DNA from: a bacterium
GTDB lineage: Bacteria; UBA8248
Assembly: GCA_965261085.1 (NCBI GenBank)
Contig: OZ253442.1
Coordinates: 1,376,001-1,440,000, forward strand
DNA length: 64,000 nt
Reading direction: 5' to 3'
Shown: positions 19,359-28,571 of the stretch, piece after piece
Position numbering within the stretch: position 1 is the stretch's first letter
How the letters are laid out: the number at the start of each line of letters is the position of its first letter
The notes under the pieces: generated by a model
Told to the model about the DNA's origin: nothing
Databases searched by the model: none
What the model saw: the letters and a program-made list of their open reading frames with translations, nothing else
Translations under genes and position numbers: made by a program

Positions 19359-20552
19359 CTATTCGGCCGGCAGGCCTGTGATCCGCGAGCTGATCTTGAT
19401 CCGGAAGATGTGGTTGTTCCCGGCGCCGTGGAGAAACGAGATCACGTCGCGGAGGTATTTCTCGACGGGGCATTCGCGCATGTAGCCCACGCCGCCGTGC
19501 ACCTCGAGCGCCAGGCGGCAGACTTCATACGCGGCTTCTGAACAAACCACCTTGGTGAGCCATGACATTTTCGGGTCGTAGTCCTCGGCGTAATCCACCG
19601 CCCATGAGGTTCGCCACAGCACGGAGCGCGCCGCCTCCAGCCTCGTGTACATTTCCCCGATCATCTGGGCGACGGCCTGATGCTGACCGATAGGTTTTCC
19701 GCCCTGTATCCTCTCCTGCGAGTAGCGCACGGCCTCCTCGAAGGCGGCCCGGCCCGCGCCCAGTACGGTCGCCCCGTAGCCGCCCCTTCCCCGGGCTATG
19801 CGGCTGGTGCGCAGAGCCTCGGCCTCGCCCTCTTTTTCCCCCAGCCGGTTGCGGGCGGGAACCTCGGCATTCTCGAAGACGAGCGTGGCGTTGCTCAGAA
19901 GGCGGCGGCCCATCTTGTCGTGGATCTGGCCGACGCTTAAGCCCGGCGTGTCCGCGGGAACGAGAAAGGGCGTCATTCCCTTCAAGCCCCCCTGGGTCTT
20001 GTCGGTGCGCGTGTAGACGATGTAGAGCTTGGCCGTTCCGCCGTTGCTGATGAATTGTTTGACGCCGCTCAGCCGGTAGATGTCCCCGTCGCGCTCGGCG
20101 CTCATCTGCACGCCCGCGCCGGGGGCGGCGTAGGGCAGAACGTGATCCGTTCCGGCGTCGGGTTCGGTGATGCACGTCGCCAGATGAAAGCGGTGATCCG
20201 AAACGAACGCCGGGAGGAAGCGCTCTTTTTGCTCGTCGTTCGTCCAGTGCTCGATGATGGGGGTGAACTTCCACGTCTGATCGAAGGTGGCGGCCACGCC
20301 GAGGTCACCCGCGCCTAGTTCCTCGCCGACGATGGAGAGGGTGAGCATGTCGGCCCCACCGCCGCGCTCCCCGCTCAGCGCCAGCGTGCGGAGGCCGAGC
20401 TTCGAGCCTTCCTCGACGACGTCGGTGGGGATGCAGTCGAGCGGATCTGGATTCCTGTCAAACTCGGCGGCGACGGGACGCACGTGCCGGTCGACGTAAT
20501 CGCGCGCCAGTTTTTGAAGCGCCTTTTGTTCGTCGGTCAGGGAAAAATCCAT
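19359..20552 (-). CDS. Acyl-CoA dehydrogenase family protein
   Basis: MDFSLTDEQ, CITEPDAGTD, LSGVKQFISNG, KMGRR, VHGGVGYMRE.PVEKYLRD. Confidence 0.95.
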   Translation of the reverse strand: MDFSLTDEQKALQKLARDYVDRHVRPVAAEFDRNPDPLDCIPTDVVEEGSKLGLRTLALSGERGGGADMLTLSIVGEELGAGDLGVAATFDQTWKFTPIIEHWTNDEQKERFLPAFVSDHRFHLATCITEPDAGTDHVLPYAAPGAGVQMSAERDGDIYRLSGVKQFISNGGTAKLYIVYTRTDKTQGGLKGMTPFLVPADTPGLSVGQIHDKMGRRLLSNATLVFENAEVPARNRLGEKEGEAEALRTSRIARGRGGYGATVLGAGRAAFEEAVRYSQERIQGGKPIGQHQAVAQMIGEMYTRLEAARSVLWRTSWAVDYAEDYDPKMSWLTKVVCSEAAYEVCRLALEVHGGVGYMRECPVEKYLRDVISFLHGAGNNHIFRIKISSRITGLPAE

Positions 20553-20561
20553 CGGCCCTCC

Positions 20562-21335
20562 TCAATCATTTCCGGATATAAGACCTTCGCGCACTTTGGG
20601 CATGGTGACCGGGAGGTCGAGAATCGGCAGGCCGTGGGAGGGCGCGACCACGGCGACGTCGAGTTCTTCGAGTAACTCCTCCAGGCGGTCCGAATAGATG
20701 TTCATGTCGGCGAAGCGGGTCCAGAACAGCGCCCGCTCCGCGAACACACCCAGAACTTCCGCCAGGTCGAGCGAGTCGGCTTCTTCCGCGATTTTTCCGC
20801 AGTGGCCGTCCCAGTGGTAATGGCTGTAGGCGAAGCCGTCCCCCGGAAAGAGGGTGCGCGCGCCGGTGTCGAATCCCCAGAGCGAGGTCCGCAGGTCGCG
20901 CACGACCGGTTCGACGGCGATGAACCGCCTGTCGCCCAGATCGACCGTGTCGCCGACCTCCATGTGCCTCAGCCTGTCCGCATGCTCCGGGTAGGAGAGA
21001 TGGTAGTCGCTCACGTCGCAGTGAACCGTCATCTCGGGATAGGCTTCGAGCAGCCGCCCCAACCCGCCCGCGTGGGGGGTTTCCTGGTGGGAGAGGAACA
21101 GGTACTTGAGCTCCGAGCCGTGTTCCGCCAGAATTTCGCGCAGCTGGCGGGAAACGACGGGGTAATCCCCCTGGTGGCCCGTTTCGACGAGCATGGAGCC
21201 AACTGATCCGATGATGAGGAAGGCCGCATTGTAGCTGTGGTAAATCTTTCCCTTGTGGTGCTGTTCGTGGCAGATGCCGAGCCAGAAAACGCCGGGAGCG
21301 ATTTCACGCGGAAGAGGATTTTCGTGCGGATTCAT
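20562..21335 (-). CDS. MBL-fold protein, FprA/ODP-like di-metal domain without flavodoxin
   Basis: EIAPGVFW, SHQETPH, TLFPGDGF, APSHG. Confidence 0.8.
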   Translation of the reverse strand: MNPHENPLPREIAPGVFWLGICHEQHHKGKIYHSYNAAFLIIGSVGSMLVETGHQGDYPVVSRQLREILAEHGSELKYLFLSHQETPHAGGLGRLLEAYPEMTVHCDVSDYHLSYPEHADRLRHMEVGDTVDLGDRRFIAVEPVVRDLRTSLWGFDTGARTLFPGDGFAYSHYHWDGHCGKIAEEADSLDLAEVLGVFAERALFWTRFADMNIYSDRLEELLEELDVAVVAPSHGLPILDLPVTMPKVREGLISGND

Positions 21336-21337
21336 AT

Positions 21338-22228
21338 CTACCTTTCCATGTCGCGGGGAATGTAGCGCGGATTGACGACGGAGCGATCGAGATCCCGCAG
21401 AACCTCATCGAGCACCGAGAACTGGCGTTCGACCAGTTCACGCCCCATGAGAATGGCCCCGTATCCGGGGGCGATGTTTTCGATGTCGTAGCGGTGGAAG
21501 ACGTCGGTGATGCCCTTGCGGACCGTCCCGGTATCCACGCCCTCGAGCCACCAGTAGCGGGTGTTCAGCAGAAACGAGCGCACGAACGCGGAGGTCGTCA
21601 CAGATTCTTCCTCCACCGCCCACGGTCCCTCGGGGTCGTCCTGCCACACGTGGCTGAACATGTCCGAGGAGAAGAGGGTGCGGGTGGCTTCGTCAAAAAT
21701 CCACATCGTGGTGATGAGGCGGATGGGCGCGTTGATGCCGCGGATTATGCGCTCATTGTTCTGCCCTACGCGGCATTCGAGCTCGTTTCCCAGAACGGTC
21801 GTCGGGAATATCTGCTCCTCCTCGCTCTTGGGGCCGAATTTCTCCACGTCGAAATCAAGCCAGAAATCCATGTCGGGCCGCCGGGCGAAGCACTCCACGA
21901 CGTTGAACTCTTTGGCGAGGGCGGCCGCGTTTCCCACGGACATGAACTCGTTGAGCCTAAGCGGGTAGATCGACAGCGGGGTGTCGGGCGTGATGATCGA
22001 GCCGATTTGCTCGAACAGGGAGCGCCTGTGCCCGTTGTAGCCCGTGTCGAGCAGAATCGCGCCGTCCTCCTCGCAAAGAAGATAGCAGTTCGAGGGGGCG
22101 AAACCCCTGGCGCTGCGAGGGTAGGCGCTTATCCGCCCATCGAGTTCAAATACGTTGTGCAGGGCGTAGGCCTTGCCGGATCCTAAGTCCGTGACGCCGC
22201 TGTAAGACAACACGCTGCTGTCGGTCAT
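21338..22228 (-). CDS. MBL-fold protein, FprA/ODP-like, metal ligands degenerate
   Basis: NCYLL, LLDTG, TLFSSDMF, IAPGYG; GGAGG RBS before the ATG at 22228. Confidence 0.75.
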   Translation of the reverse strand: MTDSSVLSYSGVTDLGSGKAYALHNVFELDGRISAYPRSARGFAPSNCYLLCEEDGAILLDTGYNGHRRSLFEQIGSIITPDTPLSIYPLRLNEFMSVGNAAALAKEFNVVECFARRPDMDFWLDFDVEKFGPKSEEEQIFPTTVLGNELECRVGQNNERIIRGINAPIRLITTMWIFDEATRTLFSSDMFSHVWQDDPEGPWAVEEESVTTSAFVRSFLLNTRYWWLEGVDTGTVRKGITDVFHRYDIENIAPGYGAILMGRELVERQFSVLDEVLRDLDRSVVNPRYIPRDMER

Positions 22229-22439
22229 GAATGAATTCCTCCGGTTATCCTGAGGCGATGCGCCACCATTCCTCTCCCGAGCTTCGGGTTCCCGCATCCG
22301 CCGCTTCTTGGCGAGTTGCTTCCCATACACCTCGGAGTTTTTATGATGCCGACATTAAATAGGATTTTCAGAGGTTTTGCACCCCGCTCGGCGAAGTAAC
22401 GCGTTCTTCTCGCCCCGCCGGACAAATCCGCCCCTCTTT

Positions 22440-22514
22440 GAGGTTGTTGAAAAAACCCCTCGTCGGGCGCATGGCCTTTACCCCCCTGACAAGGGGGGCT
22501 TTTTCAACAACCCC
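22440..22514. mobile_element. 75-bp MITE with G(A/G)GG(T/C)TGTTGAAAAA-type inverted ends
   Basis: GAGGTTGTTGAAAAAACCCC ... GGGGCTTTTTCAACAACCCC; same ends as 22845-23165. Confidence 0.75.
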
Positions 22515-22588
22515 GCATCGGTCGGAAACCGCAGTTCCTCCCTTCTCAGTCGGAACTGACATTCATCAATCGCGTTTGATCTTCCTGC

Positions 22589-22736
22589 CGTCATTCCGGC
22601 GCATGTGGGTGGCAACCGGGAGGTTGACCAGAGCCGACGGGAATGCCGACATCGCAGAACGACCTCAAGGCCATCCTCAAGGGCGATAAGTCGAAAAGAT
22701 AAAATTCCCTGGATTCCGGCATGCGCCGGAATGACG
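22589..22736. repeat. Inverted pair of CGTC-type REPs; left copy cut at its loop by about 75 bp of foreign sequence
   Basis: Right copy TGGATTCCGGCATGCGCCGGAATGACG is intact; left copy matches its complement only through CGTCATTCCGGCGCATG. Confidence 0.8.
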
Positions 22737-22844
22737 AACGAAAGGCGCACCTGTGAGATAAAGCCCCTGCGCCTGTCAGGCCCACTCCTCAAGGGGGAGT
22801 GGTTTTCCTCCCTCATCAGTCGCGGCGAGAATTCCTCCCGCATT

Positions 22845-23165
22845 GGGGCTGTTGAAAAACCCCTCCGCGCTCGGAGTTAACCACCGTCGTCATTCCGGCG
22901 AAAGCCGGAATCCATTCTGATGCAAAAGGACAAAACTCCGGCTTTTCATCTCCTCGTCATCGACGGGAACCAATCAGAAAATAAAAAACAAAGGCAAAAC
23001 AAATGGATTCCGGCTTTCGCCGGAATGACGAACAAAACCGCACCGCCCTGTAAGGACAGGTCGCGACCTGTGGGACGACCCCGAGGAGGGATTGTCCCTA
23101 CGGACTCTCCTCCCCGGTTGGTTTCATTCACCAATTCACGGAATCAGGGGTTTTTCAACAACCCC
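22845..23165. mobile_element. 321-bp MITE containing a CGTC-REP pair and a GTAG-type REP remnant
   Basis: Ends GGGGCTGTTGAAAAACCCC / GGGGTTTTTCAACAACCCC; internal CGTCATTCCGGCGAAAGCCGGAATCCA plus its exact inverted copy; GTAAGGACAGGTCGCGACCTGT ... GTCCCTAC. Confidence 0.8.
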
Positions 23166-23181
23166 GAAAAAGGAGCGTTTG

Positions 23182-24625
23182 ACCTCCGGCATGGCGACCG
23201 CATACGCGCGCTCCTCGTCCATTCTCGTGATTGCGGGCCAGATTCCGCGCGAGCGCATCGGCAAGGACTTGGGCGCCGTGCATGAAATTGTCGATCAGTC
23301 CGACGTGGTGCGCCCCTTCACCAAGTGGCGGCGGCAGGTGCTCAGACCCCGCGATATTCCCGACGCCGTATGAGAGGCGTTCCGGCAGATGCGCACCGGC
23401 CGTCCCCGCCCCGTCCTCCTCGAGATTCCCGCTGATGCCGGGGTGGAGCGCGAGGAAGTCGAACTGCGCGACCCGGCCCCCGTCTCGCGAATCGCGCCCA
23501 GCCCCGAACAGCTTAGCGAGGCCGCGCGCCTCATCGCCGAATCTCACTTTCCGCTGATATACGCAGGCGGCGGCGTGGCGCGCTCCGATGCGGAAGACAC
23601 CCTCGTCAAACTGGCCGAAGCGACGAACATACCCGTGGTCACCTCCAGCGGCGGGAAGGGGACGATACCCGACGATCATCCGCTGTCTTACGGTTCCTGT
23701 TTCAGCCCCCGGGGGGAGAGGCAGGAAATGAACCAGCTTTTCGAGGTGATGCAGTCGGCCGACCTCGTCATCGGAATCGGCGCGCGTTTTTCGCTGGGCA
23801 ATCCGGCCGGCGAGTCTTCCACGCTGGTGAACATCAACATCGACGACGCCGAACTCACCAGGGTGCAGTCCAACTGCATCCCCTTGCACGGCGACGCCAG
23901 GGCGACCATAGAGGCCATGCTCCCCCATCTCGCCGAAGGCCGGGGCGGGGGATCGCCCATCCCCCGTCGAAGCGGTCACGGCGGCTTGCAAGCTCATCGC
24001 CTATTACGACATCCGGCTCAAGGAGCCGCAGTACGCGGTTCTCGAGGCGATCCAGAGCGCCATTCCCGAGGACGCCTTCATCGCCTGGGACGTCACGCAG
24101 TTCGGCTTCTACGCCCGAACCCATTACCAGGTGAAACATCCGAAGACGTACATAGACTCCGGCTACCAGTTCAATCTCGGCTATGCGTTCCCGACCGCGC
24201 TGGGCGCGAAGGTGGCCAGGCCCGACCGCCCCGTGGTGTGCATGGCCGGAGACGGCGGGTTCATGTTCAACGCCGCCGAGCTTTCCACGGCGGTCCAGTA
24301 CGGCATCAACGTAACGACCGTCATCTTCCGGAACGATTCCTACGGCAACGTCGCCCGCGATCTGGATGATATGTTCGGCGGCGCATACGGGACCGATCTG
24401 CACAACCCCGATTTCGTGAAGTTCGCCGAGTCGTTCGGCGCGGTCGGGATGCGGGCGGACGACCCCATGGACCTGGCGAAGCTGCTTCCGCTTGCGCTGG
24501 AGCAGCAGGCGCCGGTGGTCATCGACGCGCCCTTCGCGGAGATGCCGATACCACGCGCTCCCCAGATTGCATTCGTCTACAAGATGCCCTGGACACATCC
24601 CCAGGAAGGCCGGATCGACTCCTGA
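23182..24625 (+). pseudogene. TPP-dependent enzyme (acetolactate synthase large subunit-like) pseudogene
   Basis: SGMATAYARSSSILVIAGQ, TGRPRPVLLEIP, GDGGFMF..RNDSYG. 5' end missing at the MITE, in-frame TGA at 23371, frameshift near 23940. Confidence 0.88.
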
Positions 24626-24755
24626 ACCGGTGGAGCTGGATCCTCCGCGCGGCGGAGCTCTTATTACTCCCTTGCTTTGAAATCATTCCCCCTGAGGAAT
24701 GATCCCGAGGCGGAATGACGAGCCAAGGCGAGCGGCGCGAACCGGGCAAAGTAGT

Positions 24756-24784
24756 TTGCAGATTGAATTAAAAAACAATATAGT
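24756..24784 (+). promoter_or_regulatory. Candidate sigma70 promoter for tctCBA
   Basis: TTGCAG-N17-TATAGT. Confidence 0.45.
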
Positions 24785-24890
24785 TCGGCTCAATACCACT
24801 TATAGTTGGAATCAACACCCTGTAAGCGGGGTTTTTTATTGCCCCTTTTTTACCTACCCCTTTGTCTCATCCCTTTAAGGAGGGAACACG

Positions 24891-25880
24891 ATGTCGATCT
24901 TCAAACGCGTTCTCGTTCTCGCAGCCGTTCTGATTTTATGGAGCGTTCCCGCGATGGCCCAGAAGTTCCCCTCGAAGCCGATGGAGCTGATTTGCACCAC
25001 CTCGCCGGGTTCGAGCGTCGCTGTCTGGTGCCAGCTTCTCGCGCAGGAGTTTCCAAAAGTGCTCGGCGTGCCCATGCGGGTGACCTTCAAGAGCGGCGGT
25101 TCGCAGCACGAGCCGGTTCTCTACGTCTCGGGCAAGCCCGCCGACGGGCACATCATCATGCACATCAGCGCCAGCTTCTACGGGTATTTCCACCTGCCGC
25201 ACTACAAGAGGTCATACGCCGACTTCCAGACGCTGGCCCAGGTCGAAAAACACGTCTACGGCGTCGCGGTGAAGTGCAAGAACAAGTACGGCATCAAGAC
25301 GTTCGAGGATCTCGTCGCCTACGCCAATAAGAACCCCGGCAAACTGTCGATGGGCTCCAACAAGCGGGGCTCGACTCACCACCGTCATCAACTCGCCTTC
25401 CTGAAGGCCGCAGGCATCGGGGACAAAGTCAAGACGATCTTCTACCGGGGCGACGGCAACGTGGTGAAGGACGTACTCGGCGGCCATCTTCCCAGCGGGC
25501 AGGCCTCGCCGCGCACGTGGAGGCCGCATATCGAGGCGGGAACCATCTGCCCGCTCGTCTCGCAGACCCATAAGCGCCTCACGCACGACCCGATCTGGAA
25601 GAAAGTCCGCAGCGCGGTGGAAGTCGGCCTCAAATACGACCTCCCGCTCCACTGGCAGGGCCTCATGGTCAAGCGGGGCACGCCTCCGGCAATCATGAAA
25701 ATACTGGAGGACGCCGTGTACAAGGTGACCAGCTCGCCCGACTACAAGGACTATCTCTCCAAGGGGACGCACATCGTCCTGGACGTCAAGACGGGCTCGA
25801 AGTGGCTCAACAAGGACATGGCGAAGAACCAGGCGGTCGTGAAACAATTCATGATCAACCACAATATCATCAAGAAATAG
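24891..25880 (+). CDS. tctC: Tripartite tricarboxylate transporter binding protein (TctC/Bug)
   Basis: Signal peptide, FPSKPMEL, KPADGH, VLGGH, KRGTP; AAGGAGG RBS; operon context. Confidence 0.88.
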   Translation: MSIFKRVLVLAAVLILWSVPAMAQKFPSKPMELICTTSPGSSVAVWCQLLAQEFPKVLGVPMRVTFKSGGSQHEPVLYVSGKPADGHIIMHISASFYGYFHLPHYKRSYADFQTLAQVEKHVYGVAVKCKNKYGIKTFEDLVAYANKNPGKLSMGSNKRGSTHHRHQLAFLKAAGIGDKVKTIFYRGDGNVVKDVLGGHLPSGQASPRTWRPHIEAGTICPLVSQTHKRLTHDPIWKKVRSAVEVGLKYDLPLHWQGLMVKRGTPPAIMKILEDAVYKVTSSPDYKDYLSKGTHIVLDVKTGSKWLNKDMAKNQAVVKQFMINHNIIKK

Positions 25881-25929
25881 AGGTTTTCGAACGGACGGCG
25901 GGAGGCTCCGCCGTCGTTAAGGCGCGAAG

Positions 25930-26478
25930 ATGACGGAAGAAAAAGAAAAGAGCGCGTCCTCTCCCTATGAGTTGAAGGTTCCGATGAGGGCGGCGGTGTT
26001 GACCACCACCGCCCTCATCCTGGGGGGACTCGCGTATCTCTACTACGAAACCTATGCGATGCAGCCTCCCTACGAGCCGGGGTATCCGGGCGACGCCTTT
26101 TTCCCCCGGCTGACTCTGGGTTTCTCGATTATCTGGGCGCTCATCGTCCTGGGGCGCGGGTTTTTCCTGCCCCAGGCGGCGCAGGCCGAAGGCGCCGAGG
26201 AGCCATATCTGCAGGCGCATTGGCTGGAGTTCGTCTCCATCGTCGTGTTCGTTTACCTCTACGCGGTTCTGCTCGAGCCGGTAGGATTCGAGATCATGAC
26301 CGTCGCGCTCATGATGTGCCTGCTGGTCCCGCGTATGCGGGCGGAATCGGCGCCGCGCGGCGCGCTGCTGCTGGGTTTTGCGTTGTCTCTGGCGACGATG
26401 ATCATCCTGTATCTGGGACTGGTGCCGATGCTGAACATCCCGTTGCCGCTTAAATTCTTGCCGATCTATATCTTCTAA
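25930..26478 (+). CDS. tctB: TTT small membrane subunit TctB
   Basis: PG.AFFPR, LLEPVGF, LNIPLP; lies between tctC and tctA. Confidence 0.85.
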   Translation: MTEEKEKSASSPYELKVPMRAAVLTTTALILGGLAYLYYETYAMQPPYEPGYPGDAFFPRLTLGFSIIWALIVLGRGFFLPQAAQAEGAEEPYLQAHWLEFVSIVVFVYLYAVLLEPVGFEIMTVALMMCLLVPRMRAESAPRGALLLGFALSLATMIILYLGLVPMLNIPLPLKFLPIYIF

Positions 26479-26507
26479 GGCCGTAATCGATGGAAGGGCA
26501 GTGATAG

Positions 26508-28040
26508 ATGGAAGGAACTCTCGGGCACATATTCGCAGCGACCAGCCAACTAGCCTCGCCCGCCATTCTTGCGATCATGCTGGGGGGAGTCGCCATCGGC
26601 GTCCTCATGGGCGCCATGCCGGGGTTCGGCAGTTCACAGGCGCTGGCCCTTCTTTTTCCCCTGACCTTCACGATGCCCGTGGAGCACGCGACCATGTTCT
26701 TCCTCGCCGTCTATTCCGGCGTCGAATACGGCAGTTCCATTCCGGCCATCCTGATCCGCACGCCGGGGACGGGGGCGTCCGCCGTCACCGTGCTCGACGG
26801 CTACGCCATGACCCGCAAAGGGCTTGCGCGCAAGGCGCTGCGCGTCTCCCTCTACTCAGGTGTGATCGGCGGCGTCACGAGCACGCTGATCTTCATCGTC
26901 GCAGGCACCTCACTCGGCAACATCGCCCTGATGTTCGGGCCGGGCGAGTTGTTCGCGGTCGGCGTGTTCGGTCTGTCGATCGTGGCGAGCTTCTTCGGAA
27001 AGGACGCCGCGCGCGGTTTCCTCGCCACGGGCATCGGATTGTTGTTGGCCACGGTCGGGAGTTCGGGCTTCGGCGGGCTGCGGTTCACCTTCGACCAGGG
27101 TTATCTGATGGACGGCATTCCGCTCGTCGTCATCATTATCGCCTTCCTGGCGGGGCCCGAGGCGTTCCATCTCCTGGTGGAGCACAGGCGCACCATCGAG
27201 AGCAAGGAAACCGCCGCTGAAGGAGCCTCCGCCGAGCGCAACCGGATTCAGCCGTGGGAAATCCGCAGCCTCATCCCCACCTGGATTCGCGCGAGCCTCA
27301 TCGGAACGGGGGTCGGCGCGGTTCCGGGAGCGGGCGGATCCATCGCTGGCATGCTGGCTTACAGCGAGGAGAGGCGGTGGTCGAAGCGCCCGGCGGAGGA
27401 GTTCGGCACCGGCATCATCGAGGGCGTCGCCGCGCCCGAGTGCTCCAACAACGCCCTCGTCGCGGGTACGCTCGTGCCCTCGCTCTCGCTCGGTATTCCG
27501 GGTTCGGGCGGCGCGGCCATTCTTCTCGGCGTCCTGATCAGCAAGGGACTGGTTCCCGGACCGCTGCTCTTCCGCGACAACGGAACGTTCGTCATGACGG
27601 TGTTCATCGGCCTTTTCGTGATCAACCTCATGCTCCTGTGCACGGGCCTCGTCGGCACCCGCGCCTTCAGCTTAGTCGCCAAGGTGCCCCGCCGCATCCT
27701 GGGGCCGTTCGTCCTGATTCTCATCGTCGTCGGCAGCTTCGTGTATGCGAACTACACGTCCCACGTCGTCATGGTGCTCATTCTGGGCGCTATCGCCTAT
27801 TTCTTCGAGAAGATCAACATTCCCGTCGTGCCCATCGTGCTCGCCTTCATCATGGGGCCGATCATCGAGATCAACCTGAGCCGCGCGCTCACGATCTCGG
27901 GCGGGGACATGTGGGCGCTCCTGTCCAGCCCCATCACGGCGACCATTCTCGTGCTCTCCCTCATCACGGCCGTCTACAGCATGGCCTCGATGTTCCGAGC
28001 GGCGAAGCTCGGGCTGACCGGCGGAACTCCCGCCGAATAG
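26508..28040 (+). CDS. tctA: TTT large membrane subunit TctA
   Basis: GAMPG, YGSSIPAILIRTPG, LDGYAM, GVAAPECSNNA, LGIPGS. Confidence 0.95.
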   Translation: MEGTLGHIFAATSQLASPAILAIMLGGVAIGVLMGAMPGFGSSQALALLFPLTFTMPVEHATMFFLAVYSGVEYGSSIPAILIRTPGTGASAVTVLDGYAMTRKGLARKALRVSLYSGVIGGVTSTLIFIVAGTSLGNIALMFGPGELFAVGVFGLSIVASFFGKDAARGFLATGIGLLLATVGSSGFGGLRFTFDQGYLMDGIPLVVIIIAFLAGPEAFHLLVEHRRTIESKETAAEGASAERNRIQPWEIRSLIPTWIRASLIGTGVGAVPGAGGSIAGMLAYSEERRWSKRPAEEFGTGIIEGVAAPECSNNALVAGTLVPSLSLGIPGSGGAAILLGVLISKGLVPGPLLFRDNGTFVMTVFIGLFVINLMLLCTGLVGTRAFSLVAKVPRRILGPFVLILIVVGSFVYANYTSHVVMVLILGAIAYFFEKINIPVVPIVLAFIMGPIIEINLSRALTISGGDMWALLSSPITATILVLSLITAVYSMASMFRAAKLGLTGGTPAE

Positions 28041-28146
28041 GCGGGAAAGATGGGGGCGCTCGCCCGGTTGTGATAGTCTCATCAACGATATGCCCGAGGT
28101 GTCAGAACCATTGCAGTCGAGGGATTCTTCACTCGTAGGTGTGAAT

Positions 28147-28531
28147 CACTCCCCCCTTGAGGGGGAGTAGCAGAAGCCAAGCGGTTTGTGCGAAGGCTGA
28201 TGCGTGGGGGGTATGGTTCCACAAAACAAAAGCTCCCCCCACCGGCGCGACTTCAGACTTCGTCCTCGTCTTGCCGACTCCCCCTCAAGGGGGGAGTGTT
28301 GTCTCCTCCCTCCCCGGTCGGCTACATACACCGAATCACGAAATCGGGACTTTTTCAACAGCCCCGCAGAGGGAAGGGGAGTCGCAGAAGCCGAGCCTGC
28401 GCCCATGTTCGTCATTCCGGCGGATGCCGGAATCCAGGACAGATGAGGGTGATGACATGGCGGGACGGCTGCAAAGGCAAAAACGAAAAACAAAGTCGCT
28501 GGATTCCGCATGAAAGCATTGCGGAATGACG
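28147..28531. repeat. Composite repeat cluster: CACTCCCC palindromic element (28147-28298), TTTTTCAACAGCCCC MITE end (to 28365), CGTC-REP pair (28410-28436, 28500-28531)
   Basis: Each module matches copies at 15832-16006, about 23107-23165 and 22888-23030. Confidence 0.85.
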
Positions 28532-28571
28532 AGCGAAGGCGAGGCCACTCCCCGTTCGGGGGCCTGCGCCC

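Noticed and set aside
22440-23165. CRISPR array
   Set aside because: Repeats are inverted pairs from several families with irregular spacing; no repeat-spacer periodicity and no cas genes.
23371-23373. In-frame TGA as selenocysteine or recoding
   Set aside because: Not a Cys-type position, and the gene has a separate frameshift and truncation; TGA is a normal stop elsewhere in the window.
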